A DNA stretch of 35,890 nucleotides from Octopus bimaculoides (lineage: Eukaryota). A program made the position numbers and the translations under genes. Positions 34,065 to 35,890 of the stretch are shown here, one piece after another (position 1 is the stretch's first letter; every line of letters begins with the position of its first letter). Location of the stretch: NCBI RefSeq assembly GCF_001194135.2, contig NC_069001.1, forward strand, positions 32,315,502 to 32,351,391, read 5' to 3'. The notes beneath the pieces are model-generated. The model was not told where the DNA came from. It searched no databases and saw nothing but the letters and a program-made list of their open reading frames with translations.

Positions 34065-34450
34065 TAATGTTGGCACACCGTCGCTTACGACGTCGAGGGT
34101 TCCAGTTGATCCGATCAACGGAACAACCTGCTCGTGAAATTAACGTGCAAGTGGCTGAGCACTCCACAGACACGTGTACCCTTAACGTAGTTCTCGGGGA
34201 TATTCAGCGTGACACAGTGTGACAAGGCTGACCCTTTGAATTACAGGCACAACAGAAACAGGAAGTAAGAGTGAGAGAAAGTTGTGGTGGAAGAGTACAG
34301 CAGGGTTCGCCACCATCCCCTGCCGGAGCCTCGTGGAGCTTTTTAGGTGTTTTCGCTCAATAAACACTCACAATGCCTGGTCTGGGAATCGAAACTGCGA
34401 TCCTATGACCGCGAGTCTGCTGCCCTAACCAATGGGCCATTGCGCCTCCT
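34065..34450 (-). mobile_element. SINE family D (tRNA-type head, centre Y, tail 2)
   Basis: Reverse complement GGAGGCGCAATGGCCCATTGGTTAGG...GTTTCGATTCC; tail shared with 31651-31972. Confidence 0.82.
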
Positions 34451-34503
34451 AAGGGGTACTAACACTTCTAGAAGGAGGAATAAATATTTGTTGTTCCACC
34501 TAC

Positions 34504-34608
34504 CTCAGCAAGAGATTCCTTCTCACATGCAAAGTCTTCCTCAAGGATGTCATCATAAAGGTCAAGGTCACCAGTAGGTTGTCGATCAATGAAGTCTGAT
34601 ACACTCAT
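34504..34608 (-). CDS. CASP8AP2: CASP8AP2/FLASH exon A coding part with LDLY motif (not in the ORF track)
   Basis: MSVSDFIDRQPTGDLDLYDDILEEDFACEKESLAE; donor GAG|GTAGGT in phase 0 joins exon B; candidate acceptor TGTCATTGCAG at 34629; an in-frame TGA lies upstream of this ATG. Confidence 0.85.
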
Positions 34609-35324
34609 CTTTGCATGTCAGCTATGGACTGCAATGACAAATTGAAGCAACATCGTTAACAAAAAGAAAAAAAACCCATGAAACAGAAACAACCTTAGCT
34701 TCATATAACACACACATACACATAATATACTGCTATACAACTGTTTATACATACATGTACGCACTTCACAGCAATAATCTTTTCAAATTTTGGCATAGTT
34801 TATTTTTCTTATTGAAGAGAGCATAAGAAGAATAGGAGCAAAACTTGGTAACTGACTCTTGTATGTATCAGCTCTCCTAATCATTTAGACACCCTGGAGA
34901 AGCCCAGAGGCACACTCAACATCCGAACTCTATCTACCCATCCCTACAAAACACTGAAGTAATGGAGATAGCATGGAGAATATTGTGGCCTCTTGGCATA
35001 AACGGCTGTAAGGAAGTGATCTTTTAAACTTTTACTCCTTTATGTATTACTAGTACATATTTGTGTAGCACACAGTCTTTGCATGTGTATGTATTCTCAT
35101 AATACTTCCTTATGTTTTAGAATAGACATCATAGAATGTTGCCGTATAAATTAAGGGTAAACCACTTTTGACCCCCACCCACATATGACGCCTGATTGCA
35201 AAATTGCCACGCAATAAACAACGCTTGGGTATTAATAATTGGGTTCACTACCAGCAGTATATTGGATAGGTATTATCCCTTAGTTGGCTGGCTTCCCAAA
35301 CTCTAACTCACACGGAAATATATA

Positions 35325-35540
35325 TATGGCAGTGAAACATGGGCTGTGACTGCTGAGGACATACGTAAGCTTGCAAGGAACGAAGCAAGTATGCTCCGCT
35401 GGATGTGTAATGTCAGTGTGCATACACGACAGAGTGTAAGCGCCCTGAGAGAAAAGTTGCATTTAAGAAGCATTCAGATGTGGTGTGCAAAAGAGATGAC
35501 TGCACTGGCATGGTCATGTGTTACGAATGAATGAGGACAG
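35325..35540 (+). mobile_element. RTE-clade LINE C-terminal fragment
   Basis: SETWAVTAEDIRKLARNEASMLRWMCNV...LREKL, then frameshifted LHWHGHVLRMNED. Confidence 0.85.
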
Positions 35541-35667
35541 TAGAAGAATTTGAATAACACCCGCGTTTAACTCTATTTATTTATATATATTATACAAAAT
35601 ATTTCACATAAACCTGGAGTTTCTACCTTTAAAAACAAGGTGTTACGCCCTAATTATTTGTACAATT

Positions 35668-35697
35668 TACATACATACACATATATATACATATATG

Positions 35698-35773
<76 letters not shown>

Positions 35774-35890
35774 CATATATGTACATACATATATATATAT
35801 ACATACATAGATATACATATATACATACATATATATACATACATAGATATACATATATACATATAATTATATATATATACATACATACAT
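35668..35890. repeat. Compound (TA)/(TACA) microsatellite
   Basis: Only A, T and C apart from rare G; runs to the window end. Confidence 0.95.

Noticed and set aside
35650-35886. Three YIYVC-type ORFs (and similar ones at 9246-9552, 13414-13738, 14583-14977)
   Set aside because: Translations of TA/TACA microsatellites.

Overview
AT-rich, intron-containing eukaryotic DNA, very probably octopus/coleoid cephalopod (inferred from the SINE/LINE content and the KRAB-less C2H2 cluster; no search was run). There are two N gaps (393-492, 1901-2057). The left half (about 0.5-20.3 kb) is a head-to-tail array of four paralogous poly-C2H2 zinc-finger genes on the + strand. The three whose 5' ends are visible share a promoter-like block, a 35-aa leader with an IKTE (SUMO-type) motif and flanking sequence. 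All four carry a conserved three-finger core (partly decayed in ZNF-2), and each ORF ends at a different point through a different lesion. The right end carries three minus-strand exons of a CASP8AP2/FLASH homologue that the ORF track does not join. Its LDLY motif and Lsm11-binding coiled coil are intact, but the spliced frame stops after 149 aa and about 580 bp of the large exon is disrupted before a 448-codon open stretch. In between are many tRNA-type SINEs, RTE, Tx1/L1 and Penelope fragments, a mariner MITE, a fold-back element enclosing a hammerhead-ribozyme core, and an 88-bp near-perfect palindrome. Repeat boundaries were placed by eye and are approximate (about +/-10-20 bp). Family labels A-D are my own.
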